Positions 1 to 11,949 of a stretch of DNA of 43,292 nt are shown here, one piece after another. Both the position numbers and the translations under genes were made by a program. Source of the DNA: Jimgerdemannia flammicorona (taxonomy: Eukaryota). The stretch is taken from positions 1 through 43,292 of the forward strand of contig RBNJ01000078.1 of NCBI GenBank assembly GCA_003990765.1, read 5' to 3'. How positions within the stretch are numbered: the stretch's first letter is position 1; each line of letters begins with the position of its first letter. The notes under the pieces were generated by a model. It did no database searches, was not told where the DNA came from, and worked only from the letters and a program-made list of their open reading frames with translations.

Positions 1-69
1 TTTGTTAGTAGTTAGATATAATAAGATAATCATTAATAAGTATATATAATAAAGATATCTTATAATCCT

Positions 70-360
70 GATAAAATCTCAATTGAGAATCAAGAACTGA
101 TTGTGCTATAGTTTAGAGATATGCTGATAGATCTTGAATAGACCAAATAGTCAATCAAAATTCTGCACCTTGTTGATATTGTAGAAATATTGGATAGTAG
201 ACAACAGCAGTAATTTACTGAAGCATTTTGGTTGTAAGAACATTAGAACTTGTTGATCATTCTCAATTTCTTTAATATACTTAGTCTTATTGATATAGAA
301 GAAATTGTTATTTTGTAACATCTTGAAATCAAAAACACTATTTACAAGAAAGGTGATATT
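70..360 (-). pseudogene. AAA-ATPase-like (PF09820-type P-loop NTPase) domain relic, probable C-terminal part of the Crinkler gene at 2232-2549
   Basis: Manual minus-strand translation: VNSVFDFKMLQNNNFFYINKTKYIKEIENDQQVLMFLQPKCFSKLLLLSTIQYFYNINK...NQFLILN*DF. This is a transition-eroded match to the family pattern DF..LR...YYVDKT.YI...FLRPRRFGKSLLLST..YF. In-frame stops are present. Confidence 0.7.
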
Positions 361-1047
361 TAGTTATTTTGATAGTTTGAGAGTAAAATCTAGCTCTCTT
401 TTGACAGAAATGTGTGAAGGGAAGACTAGAAATGAAAGAATAAGAGTGTAGAATTGATGATGATAGATAGATAGAAGAGTACTTGAGATAATGAGAATAT
501 TGTAAAGATAATTATTATAAATGCATAAAGAAAGCTCAAGAACTAATAAAAAACAGATAAAAAAGATAGAGCAGGCATCATGTTACAAAAAGAATAATCA
601 TTATAATATAATATAGATAGATAAATATATGTAGATAGATAGATGAATACAGATAATATATCAAACAAATATAGAGAAGATATTCATCAATAGATAATTA
701 AATAAATTGAGTAAGATAGATAAATATAGATATATATAAATTAGCAATAGATAAATAGAGATAATATAATATAATATAATATATTCTTTCTTCTTATTAT
801 CTCTGATCTTATTAAACTATAATTTATCAGTTGAATAAATATGTGATATATAGATAGACATATGAATGGATAGAGGGACAGATAGACAGACAGATAATAG
901 ATGAATAGATAGATTATAATTACAATTCAATCAATAAGAAAGTATTGTTGAATATGTATAATAGATAGATAGATATACAAAACAAAGTTTATATATTATA
1001 AATAGATATAAATACTTATATAGTGACTTAACAATAATATAAATATA

Positions 1048-2216
1048 CAGCTCCTTTCTCCACTACCTTACTAGTCACAAGGTTTGGTAGGTGACCTTCT
1101 GAGTCCCCTTTTCCCTAATATTACCCCCTCTATCTCGGGTTGGTTTGCTGTACCTACAGGGGCATGGTGGGAGGAGGGCAATGGTGATGAGTTGCCTCTT
1201 TATCAGTATCGGATCAGTGCTTCCTCTACTTTTTCGCAGATTCTGATGCCTTCAGCTACATCTGGGGTATACCCGTTTTGGTGCAGCACCTTCTTCCTTT
1301 TGCCATCACCAACAAGGAGTTGTCTTGGTATATCTTGGGCTATATAGGGAGTCGGCCGACCTTGGGCATCAAGTGCTCAGTATAGGTTACCTGCAGGTTC
1401 TCGGTGCCTGTAGTGGGGCCCTCTGGCTTTGGCGAGCTTCCCGGTGAGCATGGTTCTGGCGTAGGTGACTGTTTTTCAGGTGATGTTAGGATGGGAGAAG
1501 AGATGGCCATTACAGATAGGAGGAAGGGCAATTACAGTAAACCAGTAGGGTGCCAGGCTGGGGGCGGTCGTCAGGGCTGGGGTGAGTGCTGCTTCAGTGG
1601 GGCCTTTTGATTGGTACAGTGTAGTTAGGTGGTAGGTGTCACTCTCGGCTTCTTTTGGCAATTTGTGGGGTTGGGCCCCAGTCGTCAGGGGGGGTCGGGG
1701 GGCCCGAGGCTACCCATTTCAGGCATCTTGGCTATACTCAACTAGAACTAGGAGCTGACATAGCAATGTGATCAAGGCCCACAGGCTTGAGTAGTGGGGT
1801 ATTGGGGGTTTTCTCCTGCCTCATGTGTAAGTCCTCTACTAGGAGAACCAGGCCCTACCCACCATATTGTACTTTGATGAGGGTTTTTTCTTTGCCTGTC
1901 ATTCTCTTTGGAGTGGCAGGGGCTATTCTATTCAGCTCAGGCATGGCCTTGTACATATATTGGGTTCTTAGGTGTATGCTTTTGGTCATTGGCATGGCTG
2001 AGTTTCTCCTGGTGGTAGGGAGAGCATGGTGTATAGAATGAGGTGTAGGCTATTTTGTCCTGCTGTGCCTGGTATGGTTGAGCTGCTGAACAATAGCTAG
2101 CCTAGGTTAATGGGGGGGCAGTACTTGATGGGTAGTAGGGGAGGGTTTTGGCCTAAATAGTCTAGGTTCCCTTCCAATAAAAATCCATGGAACATAGAGT
2201 TCATTAAACAAAAAAA
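1048..2216 (+). mobile_element. ~1.17-kb non-autonomous poly(A)-tailed retroposon (SINE-like or truncated LINE)
   Basis: GC-rich block in AT-rich DNA. It ends in AATAAA...CATTAAACAAAAAAAA and is flanked by a 15-bp TSD: AATAATATAAATATA (1033-1047) and AATAATATAAATGTA (2217-2231). Related copies lie at 12358-12375, 16504-16840 and 42271-43041. Confidence 0.8.
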
Positions 2217-2231
2217 AATAATATAAATGTA

Positions 2232-2549
2232 GAATTTCAGAGACTTTTATCAGTATTCACCAACTTTGTATATAAAATCTGTTAGCTTCATCTCTTTAAG
2301 TATACTCTCAATATCTGTTTTAGAATTATCTCTGAGAGTCTTCAGAATAGAATTATTAATAGTACAGAGTGGTATTTTGACCTTCCAAAGAACTAGCTTG
2401 TCCAGTGTGAACTGGTCAAATTCAGATTGTTTTTTAATTTTAATCTTCTCCTTAAGATTACTAATGATCATATAGTTAGAAATATCAACTACAAATGCAC
2501 TCTCGGTAGTTTCTCCATGAACTAGACAGTTAAGTCTAAATGTGGATAT
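2232..2549 (-). pseudogene. Crinkler (CRN)-like N-terminal ubiquitin-like domain, pseudogene
   Basis: ORF STFRLNCLVHGETTESAFVVDI...LKEKIKIKKQSEFDQF...LVLWKV is typical of a CRN N-terminus. It continues past two stops into YIYIIVKSL (eroded HIHIIVxxP motif) across the retroposon TSD. The start codon appears eroded ATG->ATA at 2549. Confidence 0.75.
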
Positions 2550-3279
2550 GTTTTTCAATAAGTAGATAAGTGGGCTGGTAGATCATTTTAAGAATTTGAG
2601 TATACAAATGGAGAACATAAGAAAGGAAAATAAAGCCTTATTCAAATAAGTATTATATAATTATTTCAAAGTTTATATTACTTATGTATGAAGGGCTCTA
2701 TAATATGACAAGCTGACAAGTATTAATTGGTAAACTAGATAGTAGAATTTTATCTTTAATATAGTGAAGATAAGAAAAGAGAAAGAGAGAGAGAAAAATG
2801 GAAAAAGAAGAATACCAACTCTGAAATATCAATTAGTATATACAAGACCATTTTTCTTAGGTTAGGCAAATTTTTAAAAGTAGAGAAAAAGTATACAACT
2901 GTATACAAGAGCTTGACCTGTGATCTAAGATATTACTATAGTAAGCTGTAATCTTATAATTTTGTTTTAGTATTCACTAATACTTCTTAGATAAGTTTTC
3001 AGAACCTTATAGTATAATAGTTCAAATCTATCTATTAGTTATAAGAAACAGCTATTCTCATAGCTTCCAAGCAATCTTATGAGATAATTATAAAGGAAAG
3101 AAGTATAAAAACAGACAGCATTAGGTTATACTTTTGGCTTACTTATTATAATTATTCTATATAGTAGATATAAATAATTAAAAGATTATAAGTAAAACAA
3201 TGGCAAAAATAGAATATTCAAGCATGAGTAATATCAAATATTTACTTTATTTAATTTTGTTACAGTATACCTTATATAA

Positions 3280-4420
3280 GACTTTTAAGCTCTTTTTAAG
3301 TCAAAATAAGATATCTTTTTAATAGCTTAACTCAAAGTCATAAATGGTAGATCCATAAGTATTAGCCACCAGCTTAAGAAGAAAGCTTATATCAATAAAA
3401 GAACATTATACTGCTGAGATTGCAATATATCTCTTTGCTAAAAAACCTACTTAAATATACTAAAAATTAGTTAAGCTTATTTTGAAAATATTAGAAATTA
3501 TTTGCTAAAAAATAGTCTTTTATTATAGCTTTATAGCAATATAAAAAGAATATCTCAGTAAAAAACTAAAATAGTAATCAATATAAACATAGCTACTATA
3601 GCAAAGAATTTTCTTTTAAATTATACTAAAGTTTATAAGCTGCTCAGTCTAGTGAGAAATATTAATCATATGATCTAATCAATTATTTTTTTATTTATAA
3701 AAATGAGCTTTTAGTTAGTTTAAAAGAAGTTAGTACTCTGCATATACTTAAATATAATGTGTTTTACAAATTATAGTATCAATTAACTTTATAAATGACT
3801 ATAAAAAAAAAAAAATAAAAAAAATAAAAAAAAAAGTTAACTTTATAAATTCAAATTATAAGTTTCTGAACTAATTTATATAATATAAACTTATCAATAT
3901 TTACAGAATAATTTATAATTCAAAGCTTATAAAGAAGAAGAGATCTAATATTTATTAAAAAAATATAAAGAGCATCTTGCTAAAGTTAAGTTAGAATAAA
4001 ACTATTATAATAAAAATATCAAATTTATAGAAGAACAATAGAAACTTATTAATTAATATCATTTAATGGTAAATACTAAGACTCAATATTACTATATTGA
4101 TATTACTATTCATTATAGTTATAACTAAGCTCAAAATGTCTATATATCTTATTCAGATCAATAAATTAATAAAGTGTATTATATATCTTAGTACTTGTAA
4201 GGTATAATTGTTTGAAATTTAAGATAAAGCAGTCTATGAGCAAATTAAATATATTTTTAATAAAAATAAACTTCTTGGAAAAGGTCTAAATAGTATATTT
4301 AGCCTAGTCTTCAATAAAATTAAGCAATTTAATAAAGGTAAAAGGTACTTAAAAATTACTTATAATAATGGTAAACAAAATAAAAATAATATTACTCTTT
4401 AGTTTTACTTATATTTAGTA
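3280..4420 (+). mobile_element. Heavily decayed DNA-transposon transposase relic (DNCxGQNKN-motif family, Sola-like)
   Basis: Eroded translations HYSYN*AQNVYISYSDQ*INKVYY (~4111) and GKGLNSIFSLVF...HLKIT-like YLKITYNNGKQNKNNITL*FY (~4277-4410) resemble the HYSFDxAQxV...GKGxN...DNCxGQNKN motifs. Many stops; termini not identified. Confidence 0.45.
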
Positions 4421-5685
4421 TTCTCTTAATTGTCTTTGTATATTATTTATATATATCCTTGGGCATAGCATCATTAAAAAGAGATAAAATTATCTATTGG
4501 AGATTTTTTCAATCTGTTTTTCTTAGTAGTATAATCTCTTTTTTGATAAGTATAATAGATTCAATTGCTAGCTCTTCAAAATTACCATATTTATTGTTAT
4601 ATTTAAAATCATCTGTTTCAGATAAGTCTCTTCTGAAATTATATTATCAGAATCTCTGTTATTACTAGAACTCTATATTATTACTAGAATGTAATCAGTA
4701 GTATTAATTACTATACTCCTCTATATTACTAGATAGTGATCAGTGACAATTATATCTATATTGGGCATTATCTCTATAATTTTTTCATAGCTCATCCTCA
4801 AAGCAGATTGATGAGCAAGTCTGGATATATGACATTTAATTGATTAGGATTCTATTATTTCCAAGTTTATTATTCTTAAGTCTATTTATTGATAAATACT
4901 AATTATTAAACATTCTAAAACTAATTAGTTTATTTTTATATTAACCATCAGTCAGTAGCTAGATACTCATATAAATATTAATCTTCACTTATTTCTATCT
5001 CTATCCTCAAATTTTGAAATAAATCTATATATATCACACACTATTACAAATATAGAGTAGTTGATAAATCAAATATTACATATTTGAAATTTCGAATTAT
5101 TATATACAAATTTCATCACTAGAGAATTTTCAACAAATAATATGTAATGCAAGTAATTATTACCATTGCCCTTAATTCTTTATGAGCAGTTATTCAGATA
5201 TATTTATATTATCATAAAGATTTCAAATAGATTTACTAATGTATATTATTTGTCTTCTATAGAACATTCATAGTATGCTCTTGACTATTTTATCTCTAGC
5301 TTCTCATTCAATTGTTACAGTAAATATTTCAACATTAAAACATCAGTATGCTCCCAACAAATATTTAATATTTGAGTATATTCTCACATTTTTCCAGAAT
5401 TAAGATAAATATATATATAAAATAAAATAAAATAAAATAAAAAAACAATAAGATATAAATTTTTATAATCTAAGAGATAGTAAAAATTATCTTACTATAA
5501 ATACTACTTTAATAAATTATTATTATTTAATCAAATATAATCCTTTTTAACTAAATAAAATATAAAAAAGAAAAATATTCCGGAAGCTGTTACGTCACCA
5601 CAAGCCACATGCTATGTCAACCAAAAGCGGATTTTTCATTGCTTCGCAAGCCACTACATCTTGCTTGGAAACTCTTTCTTCTACC

Positions 5686-5964
5686 ATGTCGCAAAGGTAA
5701 CTAATATTTCAAGTTTAAATGATTCGCTCGCAAGGTTTACATGAGACCTACAAGATTAACAAATAATTGTAGGCCCACATATTCCGCATCCAAGGCGTCA
5801 CTGGCCGTTCCGTCCAAGAAATCCAAGAAACAATATGGTAATGGAGCACCCGCGCAACAGCTAAAGTCTCCCAAATCAATACCGTTTGATCCTCTGGCAG
5901 AGCAAAAGTATTCAATTTTCACGACTAATCTTCGACTGTTACTCGCGTTTTCTGTGCACATTGT

Positions 5965-5998
<34 letters not shown>

Positions 5999-8243
5999 CT
6001 CTTTATCCTCCTTTCCACCTCTCCTTTCTGATGCATTTGATGGACAGGAAACACACCGAGTTAATGACCCCTCAAAATATAAAATACAAGTCAACTAATT
6101 CTGCGGCGTCATCTTTACCGAATCCTCCAAAAGCTGCAAAAAAAGTGAAGCCCAAAAAGTTCAGTCCTGTTCTCTTGGGCATACCAGACGGTGATATTTC
6201 GCCGGACGACGCCGTTGACGCTTACGCCACCAAGATCGGTGGAACACCTGTATATAGAAACTCAATGTTTGGCTATCAAATGATACGTTCGCAGGGCCTT
6301 TCTCTTCTCATAATTTTTTTTCTACGACCCTCCTCTCCTCCACCTCCCCTCTTCTTAAAATGCACGATAATAATAATGCAGAATTGGCTCGTGCCCACAT
6401 GCCCACCACCGGCCGACGTTGCGCAATGTGGATCCTGTGATCGCTTCATGTATTTGCTGTTCCAAGCCTACGTGCCTTTGGAAAATTCTCCTTTCGAACG
6501 CGTCGTTTACGTTTGGGCTTGCAACCAGAGGAGATGCATGCGAAGAAATGGAAGGTAGGAGCCAGTACTGGCTTTCCTTCGTCGATTGCATTCCACTTCG
6601 TTTTGTATGTTGAAACATACCTTTTCTTTGTAATAGTTTTCGTGTTGTCCGAGCGCACAAGTTGGACGAACAGTATCAGAAGCAACAGCAGCAAAAGGAG
6701 AAGCAAAAGAATAAAGCAGAAGACGCACTGGCGTCGCCGTCCCGGGACGGTCTCTTCAACGGTCAACAGAGTACCGGCTCATCGGCACCATTCGCAGTAA
6801 GAAACGTTTGATTGCGTCGGTGTGATTAATGCGTTCTAGCATGACCACTTCTTACGCCATCACGCATTTTCTATCTATATGCAGTTGGGTGACCTGTGGA
6901 GTAACACTGACGGCACAACGCCATTCGGGACCCCAATTCCGCCCGGAAATATACTGTCTGGCGATGATGAAAGCGGGAAATTTGAACTGTTCAACAAGGC
7001 GGACACTACCAAGGTGTCTTCAGAGGAACCAAGTCACACTAGATCGATATCATCTGATGACCATGGTGAGAGTGAGATAAAAAGCGAGAAAACGCTCGAG
7101 GAAGACCCTGCAGACTGTACATCGTCGTCGAACGTACAGGCAGTGTCGTGGGTGTCGATTGTTGGCAGTAACTCGGATAACCCGTCGGATGGGAGCGGTT
7201 TTGGGACGGCAATATCAAAAAAACTAGTTGCTGATATTTCAAGTACCGAAATGAAAAACAATTTGAACCTAAGCTTACAATTATCCAATGGAAAGGGCGT
7301 TGCGAGTATGTATCCTCTCATAGTGATTATTATGGACTTGATATCAGCAGCTATCTGACAATCTCACATCACTGCATCTTCCCTCCAGAGTGGCCATCAG
7401 TTGCCGATATACCGGCCTTACCAGCTCAATATCTTTACATTACCGAAGAGGTTCTGGAAGTGTCATTCGATTCGCTCGGGATTGATTTGTCAAAGTATCA
7501 AAAATACATTGAGATGGAGGAGGACAACGATGATTTTGAAGAAGATGGTGAGGGAGGTGGAACTTGGGCGGGCGAAGCCTACGAGAAGCAGAAGCTACCC
7601 AAGGGAGTGGATAGGGTATTCAAGCAATTCACGGAGAGAATGGCCCAATGGCCAGAGCAATGTGTGAGGTTAGCTTGAGTAATTTGATTTTCTACATTGA
7701 TTGACTGATATCCTGATATTTTGCTAACTCGGTATACTGTCCCCTCCTCCTCGTTTTTTTTTTTTTTTTTTTTTCTACATGAATTCCAGATACGAATTTG
7801 GTGGGACGGCTCTTCTGTATTCGAACAGCGACACTATTTCCTCCCGTCTCCTTGTCACACCTTCCGCATCATCGAAAAGATACAGTACATTTTCCACCAC
7901 TCGCCTCCCGCTTTGTCCTCACTGTGGTGCAAAACGTATTTTCGAGTTGCAACTCATGCCGAACATTCTCTCGGTGCTGCCCACGACTGACTACGCGATT
8001 GCCGAGGAGGACCGCGATCGCGAGAGGATAAAAAAGAAAAACGGAGAGGCGAACGGGGAGGAAAAGGAGAGACGGGACATCGAGAGGTGGAATGTGGGAA
8101 TGGAATGGGGAACGGTATTGGTTTTTGTATGCGAGCGCGATTGTGATGGAACTACAGGACAAGCCGGTAGAGTGTTGGAGGAGGGTGCGGAAACCGTAAA
8201 ATATTTTGAAGAATTTGTCTTAATTCAGTTCGAGGCGGATTAG
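5686..8243 (+). CDS. TSR4: PDCD2-like / Tsr4 family 40S biogenesis chaperone (multi-exon)
   Basis: Spliced motifs TKIGGTP, CGSC...MYLLFQAYVP, RVVYVWACNQRRC, WAGEAYEK, QWPEQCVRYEFGG, CPHCGAKRIFELQLMP, GMEWGTVLVFVC and EEFVLIQFE*. GT-AG introns. The start at 5686 is inferred from a micro-exon (ATGTCGCAAAG|gtaa). Confidence 0.85.
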
Positions 8244-8633
8244 ATCTATGTCGTTGAAACCGCAGCAAGAAATATATGACGCATTCGGATGATTTTGAGT
8301 CATTTTGGGATTTAATATTGTGCGGATAAACGGGTGGATAAACCAAGATTCCTCAAAGGGCGATGGTATGATGACGACAACCGATCAGAGTTAGTGAGAA
8401 TATTTTGCCAAGGTGCGGAGTCGCGGGAGGTCCGGAAGCCGGGAGGTGGGGCTGGTCAAAAATTGTTATAAAAAGGCGGGAAGGCGTGGCATGACCTCCT
8501 GAATCAATTTGTCAAATTTCATCGTCGATGCGGATAGGTACCCAATTGTCCACCAATCCCCGCCCTTGTCCCAGCCTCATCTCCTCACATCTAACCATCT
8601 TCACCACTCCTCTTCATTTGTCGGACACCAGCA

Positions 8634-11182
8634 ATGACGACTACAGCAATCGCACCTCTCCTCGACACCCTCGACTTCGTCGTCCTCGGCGCTATCGGTC
8701 TCGCCACCGTCGCATGGATCTCTCGGAAGGCCCTTTTCGACCTCATAGCTGGCACCAAAAAATCTCCCCCAAATCTCCTCTCTTTCGACGCCTCCCATAA
8801 GTCAAAGCCCGCACCAACAGCTTCGAAAAAGGAGAGAAACTTTGTTAAGAAAATGAAAGAGCAGGTTAGTGTAGGCCCTCAAGGTTTGTGCGTACAAGAT
8901 CTGGACATCGTTAGGGTATAGGAGCGAGAAATACAGTGATGAGATTCACAAGAGCCTGGGAATGCGAGACGAGCCGTGCTACATAAAGTCACCGCGAGTT
9001 TTGTTGTTTTGGCGGTTCGGAGGAGCCAGTGGCGGGGCCATCTGGAGACCATTCCAATTACGTACCCTAACCACCCCACCCTCCATCGGCTGTACCCCAT
9101 GTCCTTTAGGGTCGCAATGTCATTTTTTTCTACGGTTCCCAAACCGGTACCGCTGAGGACTATGCCGCCCGCCTCGCCAAGGAGGGCAGCCAACGTTTCG
9201 GGCTCAGTACCATGACCGCCGACATGGAAGAATATGATATAACATATTTAGACCAACTTCCCGAAGACTTTCTTGCCTTCTTCATCATGGCCACCTACGG
9301 CGAAGGCGAACCTACCGACAATGCCGTCGACTTTTGGGAGATGATCACGCAGCAGGAGCAACCCGAGTTTAGCAAATCCTCCGAGTCTGAGGATCCCGAG
9401 AAGCCGCTCAAGAACCTACGCTACGTCGTTTTCGGTCTCGGCAACAAGACCTACGAACATTATAACCTGGTTGGCCGCACTGTTGACAAGCGCCTTAGCG
9501 AGCTTGGCGCCACCCGAATCGCCGAACGCGGTGAAGGTGACGATGATGGTAGTCTCGAGGAGGACTTTCTGGGCTGGAAGGACGATATGTGGAAAGCCGT
9601 GGCTGAGGTAATGGGCGTGGACGAGAACAGCAAGAATAAGGGGCCCAGACAGCCCGCGTTTGAGGTCGTGGAGAAAGACGACGCGAACTTGGACAACATC
9701 TTCCTCGGCGAACTGACCGAGCGGAAACAAACCAACGGAACGTGAGTGTCTATTTGAGTCTTCTTTTTGAAAGCCCGTTACCTCAAGCTGGTACACATCT
9801 CGATAAAAGCGCATACTCATTTCTGTCTATCTTCACATGGTTTTTGTATCACCGAATCCGCTGTCAGTCGCCCTATTTACGACGCTAAAAACCCGTACGT
9901 TGCTCCCATTACCACGCGCGACATATTCTTCAACTCTGACCGTCGTTGTCTCCATGGCGAGATTGACATCACTGGATCCGGGCTCACTTACCAGACCGGC
10001 GATCATGTTGCAATTTGGCCCATCAATGCCGAATCTGAGGTCGAACGGCTTGCGCGCATCCTCAGTCTCACCGACAAGTTGGACAAAGTCATCGTTGTCA
10101 AGTCTACCGACCCGGCATCCACCAAGCCTCATCCTTTCCCCGTCCCGACCACTTATCGCACTGTTCTGCGATCCTATCTTGACATCTCGGCTCCGCCATC
10201 TCGGCAGACCATGTCTAGCTTGGCCGCCTACGCTCCCACCGACAAGACCAAAGAGATTCTGACGAGACTTGGTGACGATAAGGACGAATTCCGAGTTGTC
10301 GTCGCTGACGCCCGTCGTAATCTCGGAGAGCTACTGGAGTGGGTGGCCCAGGCCGACAGCGAGGCCACCAGCTTCTCCACCATTCCCTTCGACCTCATCG
10401 TCGAGTCCCTTTCGAGGCTACAGGCTCGCTACTACTCAATTTCGTCATCTTCCAAGGCCCACCCCAACCAGATCCATGTCACAGCCGTCATTCTCGATTA
10501 CAAACCGACATCGACACCCGAACGCACGGTCTATGGCGTTGCCACCAACTATCTTTGGTCGATTCATAGCCAACTCAACCGGATACAAGACGGGAGCCCT
10601 CGATATAATATCGAAGGTCCGCGCGGCATCTACGTCTCAAAGGATTCGGACACACCCACGATCAAGCTTCTCGTGCACGTTCGCCATTCCAATTTTAAGC
10701 TGCCGCGCAATCCCGCGCTGCCGATCATCATGGTTGGTCCCGGTACCGGCGTGGCACCGTTCCGCGGTTTCCTGCAAGAGCGTGCGATCCAGAAACGCGA
10801 TGGACGCGACGTCGGCAAAACGCTTCTGTTCTTCGGGTGCCGCCGCAGCGACCAGGACTTTATGTACCAGGACGAGTGGCCTACGTATTTCGAAAAACTA
10901 GCGGAGAACGGCTCGCGTATGACCACTGCGTTCTCACGCGAGCAGTCGACGAAGGTGTACGTCCAGCACCGGATACAGGAATACCGCGAGGAGCTCTGGC
11001 AGATGATCCAGCAAGGCGGGTACATCTACGTGTGTGGTGACGCCAAGAATATGGCTCGTGATGTGAATGGCGAGTTCGTGCGCATGGCACACGAACTCGG
11101 TGGCATGACAGAGGAGAAGGCGGCGACATTTGTGAAGGACCTCAGAGGTCGTGGGCGCTACCAGGAGGATGTGTGGAGTTAG
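8634..11182 (+). CDS. NCP1: NADPH-cytochrome P450 reductase (three coding exons)
   Basis: N-terminal membrane anchor; FMN domain FYGSQTGTAED, ATYGEGEPTDNA and FGLGNKTYEHYN; FAD/NADPH domain RYYSISSS and MVGPGTGVAPFRGF; C-terminal YQEDVWS. Confidence 0.95.
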
Positions 11183-11901
11183 ATGGTTTTCTTCTGTTTG
11201 TTATTTCATGTACAAACAAACATTAGAGTTTATGTGTGTGTGCCATGTAATGACGTCACGCACATTGACAATTATAAGATAAAGAGATTTTGCAGCGAAA
11301 CATCACTTTATTCTTGTTATAGAACATTTAGTTATCTGTCTTGCTGAGCAACTTTTTATTTAGATTATGAATATAACCCGATAAATTATAGATATTGAAT
11401 TAAATTTGTTTAATTCAGAACAATCTGAGTTTATTTAAGTCTGATTTTAAAAAATATTAATTATATATTTTTTCTTATGTGGAATATTATAATCAGACAA
11501 ATATTATTTAAATAATCAATTTATTATTATTATCATTACCATTTTAAAATAATGATTAATATAGAATTTGAATTTTAGCTTTACAAATACTATTAAATTG
11601 GTTTTAATTCAAGTATATACTATGAACATTCTGATATTCAAACTTTTTTGCTTTGATATAATTAATATCTACAAGTAATTGAAAAGAACTTTAAAGCTCC
11701 ATAATTTATACAGATAATTATCTAGTAATTATAAAAAATGTTCTGGCTATTCACATTTCTCCATTCAGCAGAGTTAAGATAGAGAGGTCAAAATTAATTC
11801 TCGTACTATTAATCAAACAAAAAGTTCCTTGAATATCTGAGCCGAGTCATATTTATATAGCAGAGAAAAGAGAGAGGAGGGAAGCGAAGTTGGTAACTAT
11901 C

Positions 11902-11937
<36 letters not shown>

Positions 11938-11949
11938 ACGTGAAGCATG

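Noticed and set aside
530-1020. GATA/GACA-like repeats as a CRISPR-like or functional array
   Set aside because: This is irregular low-complexity sequence with no repeat-spacer structure.
1048-2216. Hammerhead ribozyme or Penelope identity for the retroposon
   Set aside because: No convincing CTGANGA...GAAA core with stems was found by eye. Mutation could have erased one.
9833-11129. Several overlapping ORFs inside the P450 reductase gene
   Set aside because: They are alternative-frame artefacts of GC-rich coding DNA.
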